Positions 13,087-25,500 of a DNA stretch of 64,000 nt are shown here, piece by piece. Source of the stretch: Azolla caroliniana (taxonomy: Eukaryota; Plantae; Polypodiophyta); the NCBI GenBank assembly GCA_043228905.1, contig JBHGNT010000004.1:5952001-6016000 (forward strand). Reading direction: 5' to 3'. The position numbers were made by a program, and so were the translations under genes. Under the pieces are notes generated by a model. That model saw only the letters and a list, made by a program, of their open reading frames with translations. It made no database searches and had not been told where the DNA came from. The stretch's first letter is position 1; each line of letters begins with the position of its first letter.

Positions 13087-13929
13087 TGTCACAGTAATCC
13101 ACGAGTACGTGTTGAAAGGGGTGGGACCACGGGGGTCTCGAACGAGGAAGAGATGGATGTCGAGAAGCCGACTCTCTCCGGTACCGGCTGCACCGGTTGT
13201 GGCACAAACCAAAGTGATTCCGGATGCGTACCAGCGGCTACCGAACACGAGAGAGGGAGAGAGAGAGACCACGTGCGTAACACCGACTCGACTCACGCCT
13301 CTTATGTGCAGGAAACAAAGGGAAAGAAACGCACCTGACACCAATAGAGACATGAATATACACAACCTTTTATATATATAATTACAAGAGCAAAATACAA
13401 CTCCGGCTTCGAGCCGGACCAAGGTACGTTAGGTTACAACAGCAGTCCGCTGCCAAGTCCCCGATCGGGGAGCTCTCGGGCTCGTTGCACCGAGCGGGGT
13501 CTTGCACAGGAGACAGGGTAGAAGCCTAAACCTCTTCGGACATGCGAGCTCCGAACTGGACTAAACCCTAAACAGAAATGAAGACTCAACCCACATGACG
13601 ACGACGACGACGAAGAAGAAGAAGAAGAAGAAGAAGAAGAAGAACTAACACCCCTTCGACCTAAGTGGTATACCCTCCTAACTCAAAATGGGCAACCCTT
13701 TTACAAAGGGCGCTCCCTTCCTTTTATAGAACAAGGAGGGGGATGCGTAACAATGTGGGATAAATCCCTTATTACATGGTATCCTCTATCCTGAATTAAC
13801 TACTGTCCGGCACCATGATGGCGCCCCTATCATTTACATGATTTGTACAAGGGCGAGTGCACATGCTCCACCCCGCTGATTCCTGTGATATTCCTCGGTT
13901 TCTCACCATGGCCTGGAATCTTCACAACA
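13087..13929 (-). mobile_element. Solo LTR Y (same clade as H) inserted in the 3' LTR of X
   Basis: Ends tgtcacagtaatcc...ggaatcttcacaaca resemble H LTR ends. TSD GCGT (13083-13086) / ACGT (13930-13933). The flanks rejoin to the intact X 5' LTR sequence gcaagcgtaagccgg. Contains (GAC)n(GAA)n at 13597-13643. Confidence 0.88.
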
Positions 13930-15233
13930 ACGTAAGCCGGTTAGGCCTGTTTACCACTGACAGCGCTTGCCGGCCGAATGAACCACTAACGCGTAACTGA
14001 AAAAGATGCACACTCGCGTAAAAGAGAGATTCACAAAAACACACAGAGAGGGAAAACAAGAGATTCAATTCCTATGAAAGTAAAGGTTACACTCTTTGCA
14101 AGATTACAGCCGGATACGACGATAGTCCCAACCAAGACAATCACACACCCACAAACACATGTAGTAGAGCCTTTGCCGGAAGCACACGACATTCCTTAGA
14201 GCAGAAGCAACCAACTCAGAAAGCCTACAGAAACAACGATAGAGGAAGAGAGAGCTCGATTCCCAGTCCGACAACACCTCGTCCTTGCCAAAATGTGACA
14301 AAACGCGACCGCCTTTTCAGTCTTCTCCCCTTCCTTTTATAGGCCATCGGGGAGGGACTGATACATCCCGGTCACATAACTTTATTCTCTATCCCTTCGG
14401 ACAGAGATACGCATCGATTTCCTAGCTAATAAATCAATACTACCTAGTATATTTACAACAACTGACCTATACCTAATTATGTACTCCTCATCAATACGTG
14501 TGTCCGTGTGTAAGGGCCGGTTCCTACACCTTTTTCATCGATTCCGCCTAAGGCCGGTTTTCTTGACGACATCCACCTCCACCAAACCGCGCATCCACCA
14601 ACATGCGCTAGAGAGGTACAAATGCTAGAGAAAACCGGCTCCCGCTCACCCGTCGCTCTCCGTAACTTCATCCGCTCCAAACCGGTTGTCATCGTTGTCC
14701 TCGCTTCCCAGGTCTGGCTCGTCTTCATGCTGCTTCTTGAAAAACTTGATTCTCTTCCTGGCTACCTCGTCTCTCCAGTCCACTGCGGACCACGAGGAGA
14801 TCATCCGTTCAATCGACATGACCGGCTTCTGCCCGTACATCAGCTCCGCTGGCATGAACCCGATTACTGAACTATGCGTAGCTCGGTCTGCCCATAACGA
14901 GTAAGGCAGAAGCCGCGGCCATTTCCCGACTTGTCCTCCACATGCCCGCACCAATGCTTTTATGATCGGCCCGTGCCCGCGCTCTACCTTCCCGTTAGCC
15001 TCCGGGTTGTACGCCGTAGTGAGGGAGAGCTTAACCCCTAATCGGTCGAACATCTCTTCGGCTTCCTTGGCATCCAACTCTCCCCGGTCAGCTACTATCT
15101 TTCCTATGCACCCGTACCGGCATACCACCTCTTTGATCAAGAATTGTCAGGAATAGTACTAAAGCAGAGAGGGAATTAGTACTAAAGAAGAGAAGTACTA
15201 TTAGTACTACGAGGACGGGACTGCGTAAGATTC

Positions 15234-15235
<2 letters not shown>

Positions 15236-15280
<45 letters not shown>
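15236..15280. repeat. (GA)n microsatellite in the D LTR; longer interrupted copy at 20296-20367
   Basis: Read directly from the sequence. Confidence 0.95.
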
Positions 15281-15285
<5 letters not shown>

Positions 15286-15500
15286 GATAACAACTAATAT
15301 ATTATGTGAAGGATAAGTACAAAATGGCCAAGAGGCTTAAGAATGGCGTTGAACCAATTTGGTTCAACATAATGCCTAGTGCCTTCTTTTATAGTGTTCT
15401 CAGGAGTAATCCCGAAGCTTCTAGAATGTTCTAGATAAATCTAGAATATACATTAATTTCCTATAATAAAATTTAAATGAAAATAATAGCTTACATATTA

Positions 15501-15567
15501 CAATAGATGGTCTAATGGTCAAGAGTTCGACCCATATAACATAAGGTCATGGGTTCGAGTCTTGCCA
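15501..15567 (+). promoter_or_regulatory. tRNA-like A-box/B-box segment in the D LTR (second copy ~26648-26714)
   Basis: TGGTCTAATGG at 15508 and GGTTCGAGTC at 15552, at tRNA spacing. No acceptor or anticodon stem. Confidence 0.55.
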
Positions 15568-15569
15568 TA

Positions 15570-18500
15570 TCATGACACTATCTCTCCCTTAAGGCGACGA
15601 GTGGAACGAGTCGGTGCTGATTGCGGACTGGGTTTGTCCGGATACTTCCGATGGAACTCAGCAAGAAGATCCAGAGCATTGGCGACATGCTCGATGGGTT
15701 CCCAAGTACGTTCACTCGGACTATAGCCGAGCCAATCGACCAAATAATAAAGTTTGTTGTAACACAATCGGGAAGAGTGTTTGCTTTATAAGGTTCAAGA
15801 AGAGAACTATGGAAGACCGGATGTATCTGAAGGTGTAGAGGAAGATCAAGGCGGAACGTGACATCATTAACCTTACCGGTAATACGGAAAGGACCGAGTC
15901 GGCGATAATCCAACTTGTCGCACGGTCGAGTAGTGTTGATGTGACGACGTAAAAGCCATACTCGATCTCCGATGGCAAAAGAGGAGGGAAGCCGATGACA
16001 ATCCGCATAAGTCTTCTGTGTCTGTTGAGCATGACGAAGATGAGTAGAGAGATCCATCTGGATCTTGCGTAGTCTCTCCAAATGATCCTTGGCACGAGGA
16101 TTGGTAGGTAGCTCCGAGGTGTCGATCATCGACCAACGAGGATGAGAACCGGTATAAGCGTAGAATGGGGAGACTCGAGTCGAGGAGTGAACAACATTAT
16201 TATACACAAACTCCGCAAAGTGGAGAATCTCGGCCCAATCATCCTGTTGATAACTCAGGAAACACCGGAGATATTGCTCCAGCGTTTGGTTTGTTCGTTC
16301 CGCCTGCCCATCGGTCTGAGGATGGTAGCCGGAGGAGAGGTTGCAAGAGACCTTGAGCATCTTGAAGAGATGCTGCCAAAATTTGGAGACAAATTGTGGT
16401 CCTCGGTCACTGATGATACTGTCTAGGAGGCCATGATGCCGAAATACCTCACGCATGACAAGGGCGGCGGTTTCCTCGCTAGTGATGGCCTTAGTACACG
16501 GCACAAAATGTGACATCTTCGTATATCGATCGATGATGGTTAAGATAGCATCAAACCCCTTCGAGACCGGCAGATCTGTGATAAAATCAAGACAAATAGA
16601 CTACCACGGCTTACTTGGAATTGGTAAGGGTTCCAACAAGCCATATGGATGGTGTCGTGGCATCTTTGCTCGGCAGCAAGCATCACAGGTCCGAATGTAG
16701 TCGTTGACAAAACGTCGCATATGGGGCCACCAAACGGATCGTTGAACTAGATCCAACGTCTTAGTGCTACCGAAATGTCCCGCCATATGGGTGTCGTGAC
16801 AACTTTGGATGATTTGAAGGCGACAGGAGCAATCAGGGACATATACAAGCTTTTTAAAGAATAACAAACCATCATGATCTTCGAATTGTCGGTAGTCCAT
16901 ACCTGGTTGCTGAGACTGGGAACAGGATGCCCGAGAGGTATCAATGTGCACCAGAATGTCTTGAGCAAAATTGTCCGTCTTCAAATTCGCATGTATGGTG
17001 TCGATAATCTGGGAATCCATTGGGGTGTGAAAAATCCGCGTTGTGTGCAATCGTGTTGGTCCCAAGATTACTTACTTTTGATTATCGAACATGGGATCAC
17101 CAGGATGAGGTGCAAGATATGAACGCCGTGATAGTGCATCTGCCTTTCCTTGCAACTTCCCCGGTCCATATGCGATTTTGAAATCAAAACGTGTGAGGAA
17201 TTGAGCCCACCTAGCTTGCTGTCGATTTAGCACACGAGTGTTTGGGAAATAAGAAAGATTCTTGTGATCACTGAAGACGATGACCTGATGTGGAGAGCCC
17301 TCCAAACAATGCCGCCATTGCACAAATGAATCCACAATGGCTAATAACTCCTTGTCATGTATTTTGTAGTTGATTTCCGCAGCATCGAATTTGCGTGAAT
17401 GGAAAGCCACAGGATGTAACTCTTCTTTATCTCCTTGTTGAGAAAGGATGCTACCGAGGGCGAAATCTGATGCGTCGGCCTCCATGATGAATGGTTTGCT
17501 TGTATCCACATTTGCTAGAATAGGTGCTGATGTAAAGGCTTTCTTAAGATGCCGAAAAGCCATGTCCGCTTCATTGGACCAAAGAAATGCTTGTCCCTTC
17601 TTCGTAAGTTGTGTGAGAGGTAAAATAATCTTCGAGTAATCCTGTATAAACTTGCGGTAGAAGTTAGCAAAACCTAGAAAACATTGTACCTCTCGTACTG
17701 ACTGTGGAATTTGCCACTCTAGCACAGTTTGGACTTTAGCTAGATCCATGGAGATGCCCTTTGAGGAGATAACGTAGCCTAGAAATTCCACTTGCTTGTA
17801 GTCGAAGCTACATTTTTCTAGCTTGGCATAAAAACCATTCTCGCAGAGTCGGTTTAGTACTAATAGTACATGAGAATCGTGCTCTTCCTAGCTCTTCGAA
17901 TAAATCAATAGATCATCCAGATAGATGATCAAACAGATATCCAAGAGGTCTCTGAATATATCATTTGCCATGTGTTGGAAGACTGCAGGTGCATTTGTTA
18001 GACCGAACGACATAATAATATATTCGAAATGCCCATACCGCGTGCGAAAGGCAGTCTTCCATTCATCTCCCGGTCAGATCCACACAAGGTTATACGCTCC
18101 TCGTAGATCGATTTTTGTAAGCCGCGGTAATCAACGACAAGATGAAGTGAGCCATCTTTCTTCTTGACAAAGAAGATAGGTGCTCCGGCTGGAGATTTCG
18201 AATGACGAATAAACCCGCTTGCCAAGTTCTCCTCTATGTAGGCTCGAAGGACTTCTAACTCGGTGGGTGACAAGTTGTAGATTGGTCCCCATGGTGGCTC
18301 TACTCCTGGTTGTAAATCGATGGGACAATCGTAGGGACGATGATGAGGAAGAGTATCGGCTTTTACCTTGTCAAATACGTCGGCATAAGGATGATATTTC
18401 GCCGGAAGTTGCACTAAGGATTCCTCCTTAATATTGCTCGAAGGATGTACTGATATGGCAAATAGGAACATTGCCTCCTTGTGTCCTTCTTCGCATAGTT

Positions 18501-20140
18501 GACGTAATGAAATGGTCGAAACTCGATGAGTAGATTCTTGGGGTTGTCGATATCAGACTTCTCTTGTTCTCCAATCTATGTCTGGATTATGTAGTTCAAA
18601 CCAAGGTAATCCCAGGACAATGGGATGCTCTGGACTACTAATTATATTAAATGATACTACACACAAAAAACTAACTAGGACAACCTGAATGGGTTCTAAC
18701 TCCTGTACAATTTTCCCGGAAGCAATTGGATGACCATCAATGACTACTACATATGTGGGGCAAGGAAGTTTTCTTAAGGATATCTGAGAAGCTTGGGCAA
18801 AAATTCGATCCATGAAACAGGAATTGGCACCGGAATCTAAAAGTGCTAGGATTTGTACTGGGGGAGTACTTTTAGTACTAACCATGACTTGGGCTAGGAA
18901 CACACTGCTAACTTGCTTGGAGGGAATGGAACCACTAATGGGCTGTACAGATCTAGGGCTGTCCAAGCAAATGGCTCCTATTTTGGCTGAACTCAATCGT
19001 TTAACTCTTCATCTAATTGACTAAGGATTTAAAATTTGTTTGAGATACTTGGGCTATTAGTACTATTAATACTATCAGACACTCCTAAGGGAAAAATTGA
19101 CTCGGGTTTAGTACAGGCTACAATTTGATTTACATGTCTTCTTGGCCTATGGGGACAATTGATTGCGATATGCCCTAGTCCACCGCAATACAGACATAAT
19201 CGATTTGCACGACGCCGTTGCTTTTCTTCTTCCAATAACGGGCCACGCCGACGCATGGTGTCAATCTCCATCGATGTCGGAGTATTTGCTTGGGGTACGT
19301 CGCGTGCGAATGCTTTAGCCGCGACTGAGGTGTATGTGGGCTCCGGCCTAGAGCCTGGTATTTGTAATTGACGTTCGGAACACCGTTTGAAAAGGCGGTT
19401 GTCACATCGGACCGCTCGATTGATTGCCTCCGTAAGAGATTTTAGTTCTTCGGGGAAGGTTAAAAGTAAATCTTTTACATCGTTTCACAGGCCATAGAGA
19501 AACTGCTCCATTAGTGCCTGATCATCCCAGGGAATATCGGAGGCGAGTAGACGGAAATTTGCCACGTAGGCAGAGGCTGGATGATCGCCTTGACGCAATC
19601 GTTGGATCTTGTTGATCGCCGTCCTAATGCTGTCGGTGTCTCCAAAGCAGGCTTTAAACTCACCAATAAAATCTTCAAAGTTATTAAGCAAGGGTGATTG
19701 TTTTTCTAGAAGCGGAGTGAACCATGCTAAGGCTGAGCCGCTAAGCAACGCGCCTATTAGGCCGACTCGGGATGCATCAGTGGGGTATCGGGAAGGATGC
19801 ATTTGGATAACTAATCGTACCTGATTAAGGAATCCCCTGAATTGCGATCACGTTCCATCAAATTTCACAGGAAGTCCAATCTTTGGCTCTTTATGAAATC
19901 CTTGGGGACTTGCTCCTTGTTGTTGCAATGCTGCTTCGAGTTGTTGTACCCGTAACGCTAACTCCCCATGCTGTTGCTACGTTTGTTGTTTTTTTAGAGC
20001 GATTTGTTGCAGATCCCCTATCAGCCGCTGGTTTTCTTATTCCAAGGGAAAAAATATTTCTTTTAGGCACTGTAGCTCGGAGAAAACATATTGATATTCT
20101 TGGGCGCTAACAGTAGCCATAGTAACAGTAGCCATAGTAT
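15570..20140 (-). pseudogene. gag-pol: D gag-pol: gag, protease, RT, RNase H, integrase, chromodomain
   Basis: CLYCGGLGHIAINC knuckle; LLDSGANSCF protease; RH (EADASDFALG, DKELLAIV); integrase (SDRGPQF, HPQTDGQAER, RLGPF); chromodomain (YLVDWLGY..TWEP) at 15570-15767. Confidence 0.92.
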
Positions 20141-20190
20141 AGGGAAAAGGGTAGGAGGATGAGGGAGAACGATAAGTAGGCTAGAGGAAA

Positions 20191-20202
20191 AAATTGGTTC
20201 AA
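20191..20202 (-). promoter_or_regulatory. Self-priming PBS of D
   Basis: TTGAACCAATTT (minus) is complementary to LTR AAATTGGTTCAA (minus; 20435-20446 and 15349-15360), which starts 33 nt after TATAAAA. Confidence 0.85.
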
Positions 20203-20334
20203 ACTGTCAGGAATAGTACTAAAGCAGAGAGGGAATTAGTACTAAAGAAGAGAAGTACTATTAGTACTACGAGGATGGGACTGCGTAAGATTCCCGAGAG
20301 AGAGAGAGAGAGAAGAGAGAAGAGAGATAGCGAT

Positions 20335-20371
<37 letters not shown>

Positions 20372-20911
20372 GATAACAACTAATATATTATGTGAAGGAT
20401 AAGTACAAAATGGCTAAGAGGCTTAAGACTGGCGTTGAACCAATTTGGTTCTGACGGGAACTTGTCGTTCCTTATGTCCAATGCTCGGCCACAACCGAGA
20501 TTCTTTTCATACACAGAATACGGGAAATAGAACACGACACAAAGAGGAGAAATGGTACACAGGAGGTTAACGTGGAAAACCCTAAGCTAGGGGAAAAACC
20601 ACGGCAGCCCACAGGCTGCAAACTGTCACTATGTATGAATGTACAAAACAGTGAGTTCACTGAGGCACCGACCTCGTGCTCACAAATCTTCGCCACAGGC
20701 GGCGGTTACAATAGAGGCAACGACCTCGTCTCTCTCTCTCTCACTCTGTACAGTTACGCACTCTCTCTTCTTCTTGCACCAACAAGGAAGAATAACAACA
20801 ACATAATTAGTTTTGCCCTAAGTCATATTTATACTAATATGACTTTTCGGCTATTTACAAATATAGCCACAATGGGCTCTCAGAAACATATTTACGAATA
20901 TGTCTCTTCCT

Positions 20912-21102
20912 TCGGTTCATACCGGGTCTGCACCATCCGGCTCTCCGTAGCCGGGTACTCCTCATCCGGTTCATACTGGGCCTGCACCTTCCGGCTCTCC
21001 GTAGCCAGGTACTCCTCATCCGGCATCCGGCTCTCCGTAGCCGGGTACTCCTCATCCGGTTCATACCGGGCCTGCACCTTCCGGCTCTCCGTAGCCGGGT
21101 AC
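20912..21102. repeat. ~54-bp tandem repeat array in solo LTR E (continues at 26401-26460 after F)
   Basis: Unit ccggttcataccgggcctgcaccttccggctctccgtagccgggtactcctcat, about 5 copies, one shortened to 36 bp. Confidence 0.92.
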
Positions 21103-21457
21103 TGTCAAGATTCGAACTCTTGACATGACCATGTTATAATCTACTATTATGAGTTAACCAAGATATCTAGTACTAGTTATGTATGTAATTGTTCCTTATT
21201 ATTTTGCTAGCATCATGTGCATAGTTGCTCCCTTGTAGTATTTACACTTGGCACATGCATGCATACCTACATGCTCTATTGTAGATTCACATGCGTACAA
21301 CAAGTATGCATGCCATGTAGTATAAATAGAGGAGTTCACCTTGAAGGAATTCAAGGTGAACAACACCAGTTATGGAGTCTTTCCTTTAGTACTATCTTCT
21401 TTCTTGTCCATTTGGTTATCTTCTTCGTTGTCTCTTGAGTTTATGATCTATGACAGT

Positions 21458-21468
21458 TTGTTCACCTT
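21458..21468 (+). promoter_or_regulatory. Self-priming PBS of F
   Basis: TTGTTCACCTT is the exact reverse complement of LTR 21353-21363 (AAGGTGAACAA), which starts 32 nt after the TATA box at 21321. Confidence 0.85.
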
Positions 21469-21505
21469 CCCATCCTCATAGCTCTCCCTCTCATAAGCCA
21501 TAGCT

Positions 21506-22522
21506 ATGTCCGACTCAACTAGTGAGTTAGGCCAAATAATGGTAGCCTTACGACAACTACAGCTTGAAAATGAAGCTCTTCGAAATTCTTTACAAGAACT
21601 TCAAGTCGGTACCTCCCTATCCTCACAACCCCCGAACCCTAGTCTCCCACAACAACCTAGCCTAGAGCCCGATCTTCTACCAACATCTAGCCTAGCTTCG
21701 TCACAGTTTCTTGATCCTAAGGTTAGCCTCCTAGAAAAATTTGATGGAACGAGGTCGCGTTTCCGAGGGTTCATCAACCAAGTTCGACTTATCATTCGGC
21801 TACAACCTCAACGTTATGGAGATGGTCTTCGACAAGTCGGCCTTGTGGGCACCCTTCTCTCCGGTCCGGCCCAAGCTTGGTTTGCACCATTGGTAGAAAC
21901 CTCATCACCTTTATTGGAGGACTTTCCCGCCTTCCTCGCCGAGTTAGAGGCCACATTTGGAGAGACGGACCGACGACGTACAGCTCTTAACAAGATTTAT
22001 GCACTCGAACAAGGTTCACATGCAGCTTCAGTCTATGCTTCCGAATTTTGACAACTAGCATGCGACGTCAATTGGGATGATCAAGCTTTAGCTGATCACT
22101 TTCGGCGCGGTCTTCGAAGCAATGTCAAGAATCTTCTCTTAAACTTTCCGGAGCCCACCTCGTTATCCCAAGCGATTTCACAAGCAGTCCATTGTGACAA
22201 TCGTCTTTTCGAATTTCGCCAAGAAGAGCGCCGGACTTGGTTCCCACCTCATTCACTTCCACGCCACGCCTCGGTCATACAACCCCAAGCATCCTCACAC
22301 TCGCCTACTTCGGCAGATGCTCCTGTCCCCATGGAAATTGATCAAGCCCGATTTCGACCATTGACTAATGCTGAACGACAATTTCGGCGGGCTAATGGAT
22401 TGTGCATGTATTGTGGCGCCTCCGGTCATGTCGTTCGCCATTGTCCTAGGAGTACTCGCCCACAATTCCATAGAGCTAACGGACCCCAACATCCGGAAAA
22501 CGACATCGTTCGGTTGCAGTAG
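21506..22522 (+). pseudogene. gag: F gag with one premature stop (TGA at 22049-22051)
   Basis: EKFDGTRSRFRGF capsid region, PMEID motif and CMYCGASGHVVRHC knuckle, all in one frame. Confidence 0.9.
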
Positions 22523-22545
22523 GAGCCATGCAACTGGACATCTCC
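22495..22545 (+). promoter_or_regulatory. Putative -1 ribosomal frameshift signal of F
   Basis: G GAA AAC in gag frame, 7-nt spacer, 10-bp stem (22509-22518 with 22529-22538), loop GGAG able to pair with CTCC at 22542-22545. The pol frame is -1 and open from this point. Confidence 0.75.
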
Positions 22546-25500
22546 CGTCGCCCACATTCTCTTGGTTCCATTGCCGGACCATCAGGCAATTTCATATTGG
22601 AGGTATGGCTTTCGTTTAACTCTAGTTCCATTCAGTCTGTTGCTTTACTTGATTCTGGGGCATCTTCTTGCTTCATCGACGTCGCGTTTGCCCAAGCACA
22701 TGGCGTACCTGTCGTTGGCCTCTCAAAACCCATTCCAGTTGAAGCCATCGACGGGTGCGTCCTCTCGTCAGGTGCAATTACTCAAGCTACAATCCCATTA
22801 GGGCTTCGGGTGGGCTCACACCAAGAGGAGCTCACCTTTTACCTCATCGCATCTCCTCGACATCCGATCGTCTTAGGACTAACGTGGTTGGAGGCGCACA
22901 ATCCAATAGTGGATTGGTGCAACCGCTCGATCACATTTAGCAAGCCAAGATGCTCGTGCAAAAGTATGAAGGTAAATTCAGTTTCCTATCCTTCGGAGAC
23001 GGTCGACTCCGAATTGACTACCCCATCATCCGTCCAGGATGGGTTTGTTTGTGGCACCATTTCTAACACACTCCATGTTATTCCCGAAAAATACCAACAC
23101 TTCTCCGACGTATTTGAAAAATGTAATGCTGATCGGTTGCCTGAACACCGGCTCTACGACTGTCCGATTGATCTTCAAGAAGGTGCGTGTCCACCCTTTG
23201 GTCCTCTATATGCGTTGTCTGCACCAGAGTTGAAGGCCCTTCGTGTGTATCTTGATGAGAACCTCGAGAAAGGCTTTATTCAACCTTCTAATTCACCAGC
23301 CGGGGCCCCCATTTTATTTGTGAAGAAGAAGGACGGCTCTCTACGCTTATGCGTCGACTACCGAGGTCTCAACAAACTCACTGTGCGCAACCGCTATCCG
23401 CTACCTTTGATCCCCGAACTCCTTGATCGGCTCCGAGTTGCGCGTGTCTTCTCCAAAGTTGATCTGCGTGGCGCGTACAATCTAGTACGCATCAAGCCGG
23501 GGGATGAATGGAAAACCGCATTTCGAACACGGTATGGGCATTTCGAATACAAGGTAATGCCTTTTGGTCTTACTAACGCTCCCGCAGTTTTTCAACATAT
23601 GATGAACGATATTTTCCGGGAATATCTTGATCTTTTTGTTGTCATTTACCTCGATGATATTCTCATTTTCTCGCCAAACATGGAGGAGCACACTTGCCAA
23701 GTCCGATTAGTTCTGGCCAAACTTCGCGAGCATGGCCTTTATGCCAAAGGCGAGAAATGCGAGTTCGACCGTACCTCGATCGAATTTCTGGGCTACATCA
23801 TCTCGCCCACTGGCATCACCATGGATATGAAGAAGGTCTCTGTCATTCAGGAGTGGGTGACTCCAAGGCGACTTAAAGATGTGCAATCCTTCCTCGGCTT
23901 CGCGAATTTTTACCGTCGCTTCATCAAGGGGTTTTCCACCCTAGCACAACCTCTTATCGCTCTCACCCATAAAGGCACTCCATTTTTATGGACCTCGGAG
24001 GCACAAAATGCGTTCGACTCACTCAAACACGCATTCATCACTGCCCCGGTGCTGCTACATGCCGACCCCACAAAACCCTTCCAAGTCGAAACCGATGCCT
24101 CTGACTTTGCCTTTGGCGCCATCTTATCCCAAGCAGACGACAACAACCTAATGCACCCAGTGGCTTACTATTCCCGAAAATTTACGGCATCGGAAATCAA
24201 TTATCCCATTTACGACAAGGAGCTTGTTGCTATCATTGCTGCCTTTGAAGAATGGCGACCCTACTTGGCCGGCGCACAACATCGTGTCCAGGTAGTGACT
24301 GATCATAAAAATTTAGTTTATTTTTCCACCACTCGTACTTTGAATCCAAGGCAAGCCCGTTGGTCTACATTTCTCGCCGACTACGATTTTGAGATCGTAT
24401 TTCGACCTGGTGGCCAACATGGGAAGGCTGATGCCCTTTCTCGCCGAGCTGACCTTGCACTCCGCCCTGGGGATGCTGCTTATGCTCAACAATCTAGACG
24501 TTTGTTGAAACCCGACCAATTGCATCTGTTTGCCACTTGTATGTTGCAGGATGATTCTTTACTCCAACAAATCACTGATGCATCCAAGACCGATGCGTTC
24601 GCCAACGAGATTCGAGATAGTTTGCAAAACCCCTCCAAGGCGACCAAAAGGAAGGATCTTGACACCTTCACCATACAAGAGGGTTTGTTGTTCCGAGATC
24701 ATCTCTTATACGTCCCAGAGGGCCCATGTCGCACCCGGGTGTTGCGGGAATGCCACGATGACCCACTTGTAGGTCATTTCGGGGTCGCGAAAACCCTCGA
24801 GCTAATCTCTCGGGGGTATTGGTGGCCACAACCATGGAAGCTGGTCAAAGAATACATAAAGAGTTGTGAGGTTTGTGCTCGCTCCAAAGCCATTCATCAT
24901 CGGCCATACGGCTTACTACAGCCGCTTCCATGTCCTCGTCGTCCTTGGGCCTCTATCTCTATGAACCTGATAACTGATCTACCCTTGGTCAATAGCTATG
25001 ACTCGGTGTTGGTCGTTGTCGATCGGTTTACGAAGATGGCTCACTTCACTCCATGCTCCAAAACCATTTCCGGAGAAGAAATGGTGCATCTCCTACTCAA
25101 CAATGTAGTACGCTTGCATGGACTCCCCGATGATGTCATCTCGGATCGCGGACCCCAGTTTGTCTCTCACTTCTGGCAGCGCCTGCTACAAACTCTAGGC
25201 ATCTCTGTCAAGTTGTCCTCCGCTTATCACCCCCAAACTGACGGGCAAACGGAGCGTGTCAACCAAATCCTTGAGCAGTATCTTCGGTGCTCGGTTAGTT
25301 ACCAACAAGATGATTGGGTCAACTTACTTTCGCTCGCGGAATTCGCCTACAATAATTCTCTCCATGCATCGACTGGCGTCACTCCCTTCTTTGCCAACTA
25401 CGGTTTACATCCTCGCTTCAACATTTCCCTTCCTACCACTTCCGTGAACCCTTCGGCGGAGGATCGTGCCCGCATTTTGGAAGAAGTACATCATGATTTA

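Noticed and set aside
15501-15567. Functional tRNA gene
   Set aside because: A and B boxes are present but acceptor and anticodon stems do not pair, so it is kept only as a tRNA-like promoter
20912-21102. Repeat array as a CRISPR candidate
   Set aside because: Head-to-tail units without unique spacers, inside a eukaryotic LTR, and no cas genes
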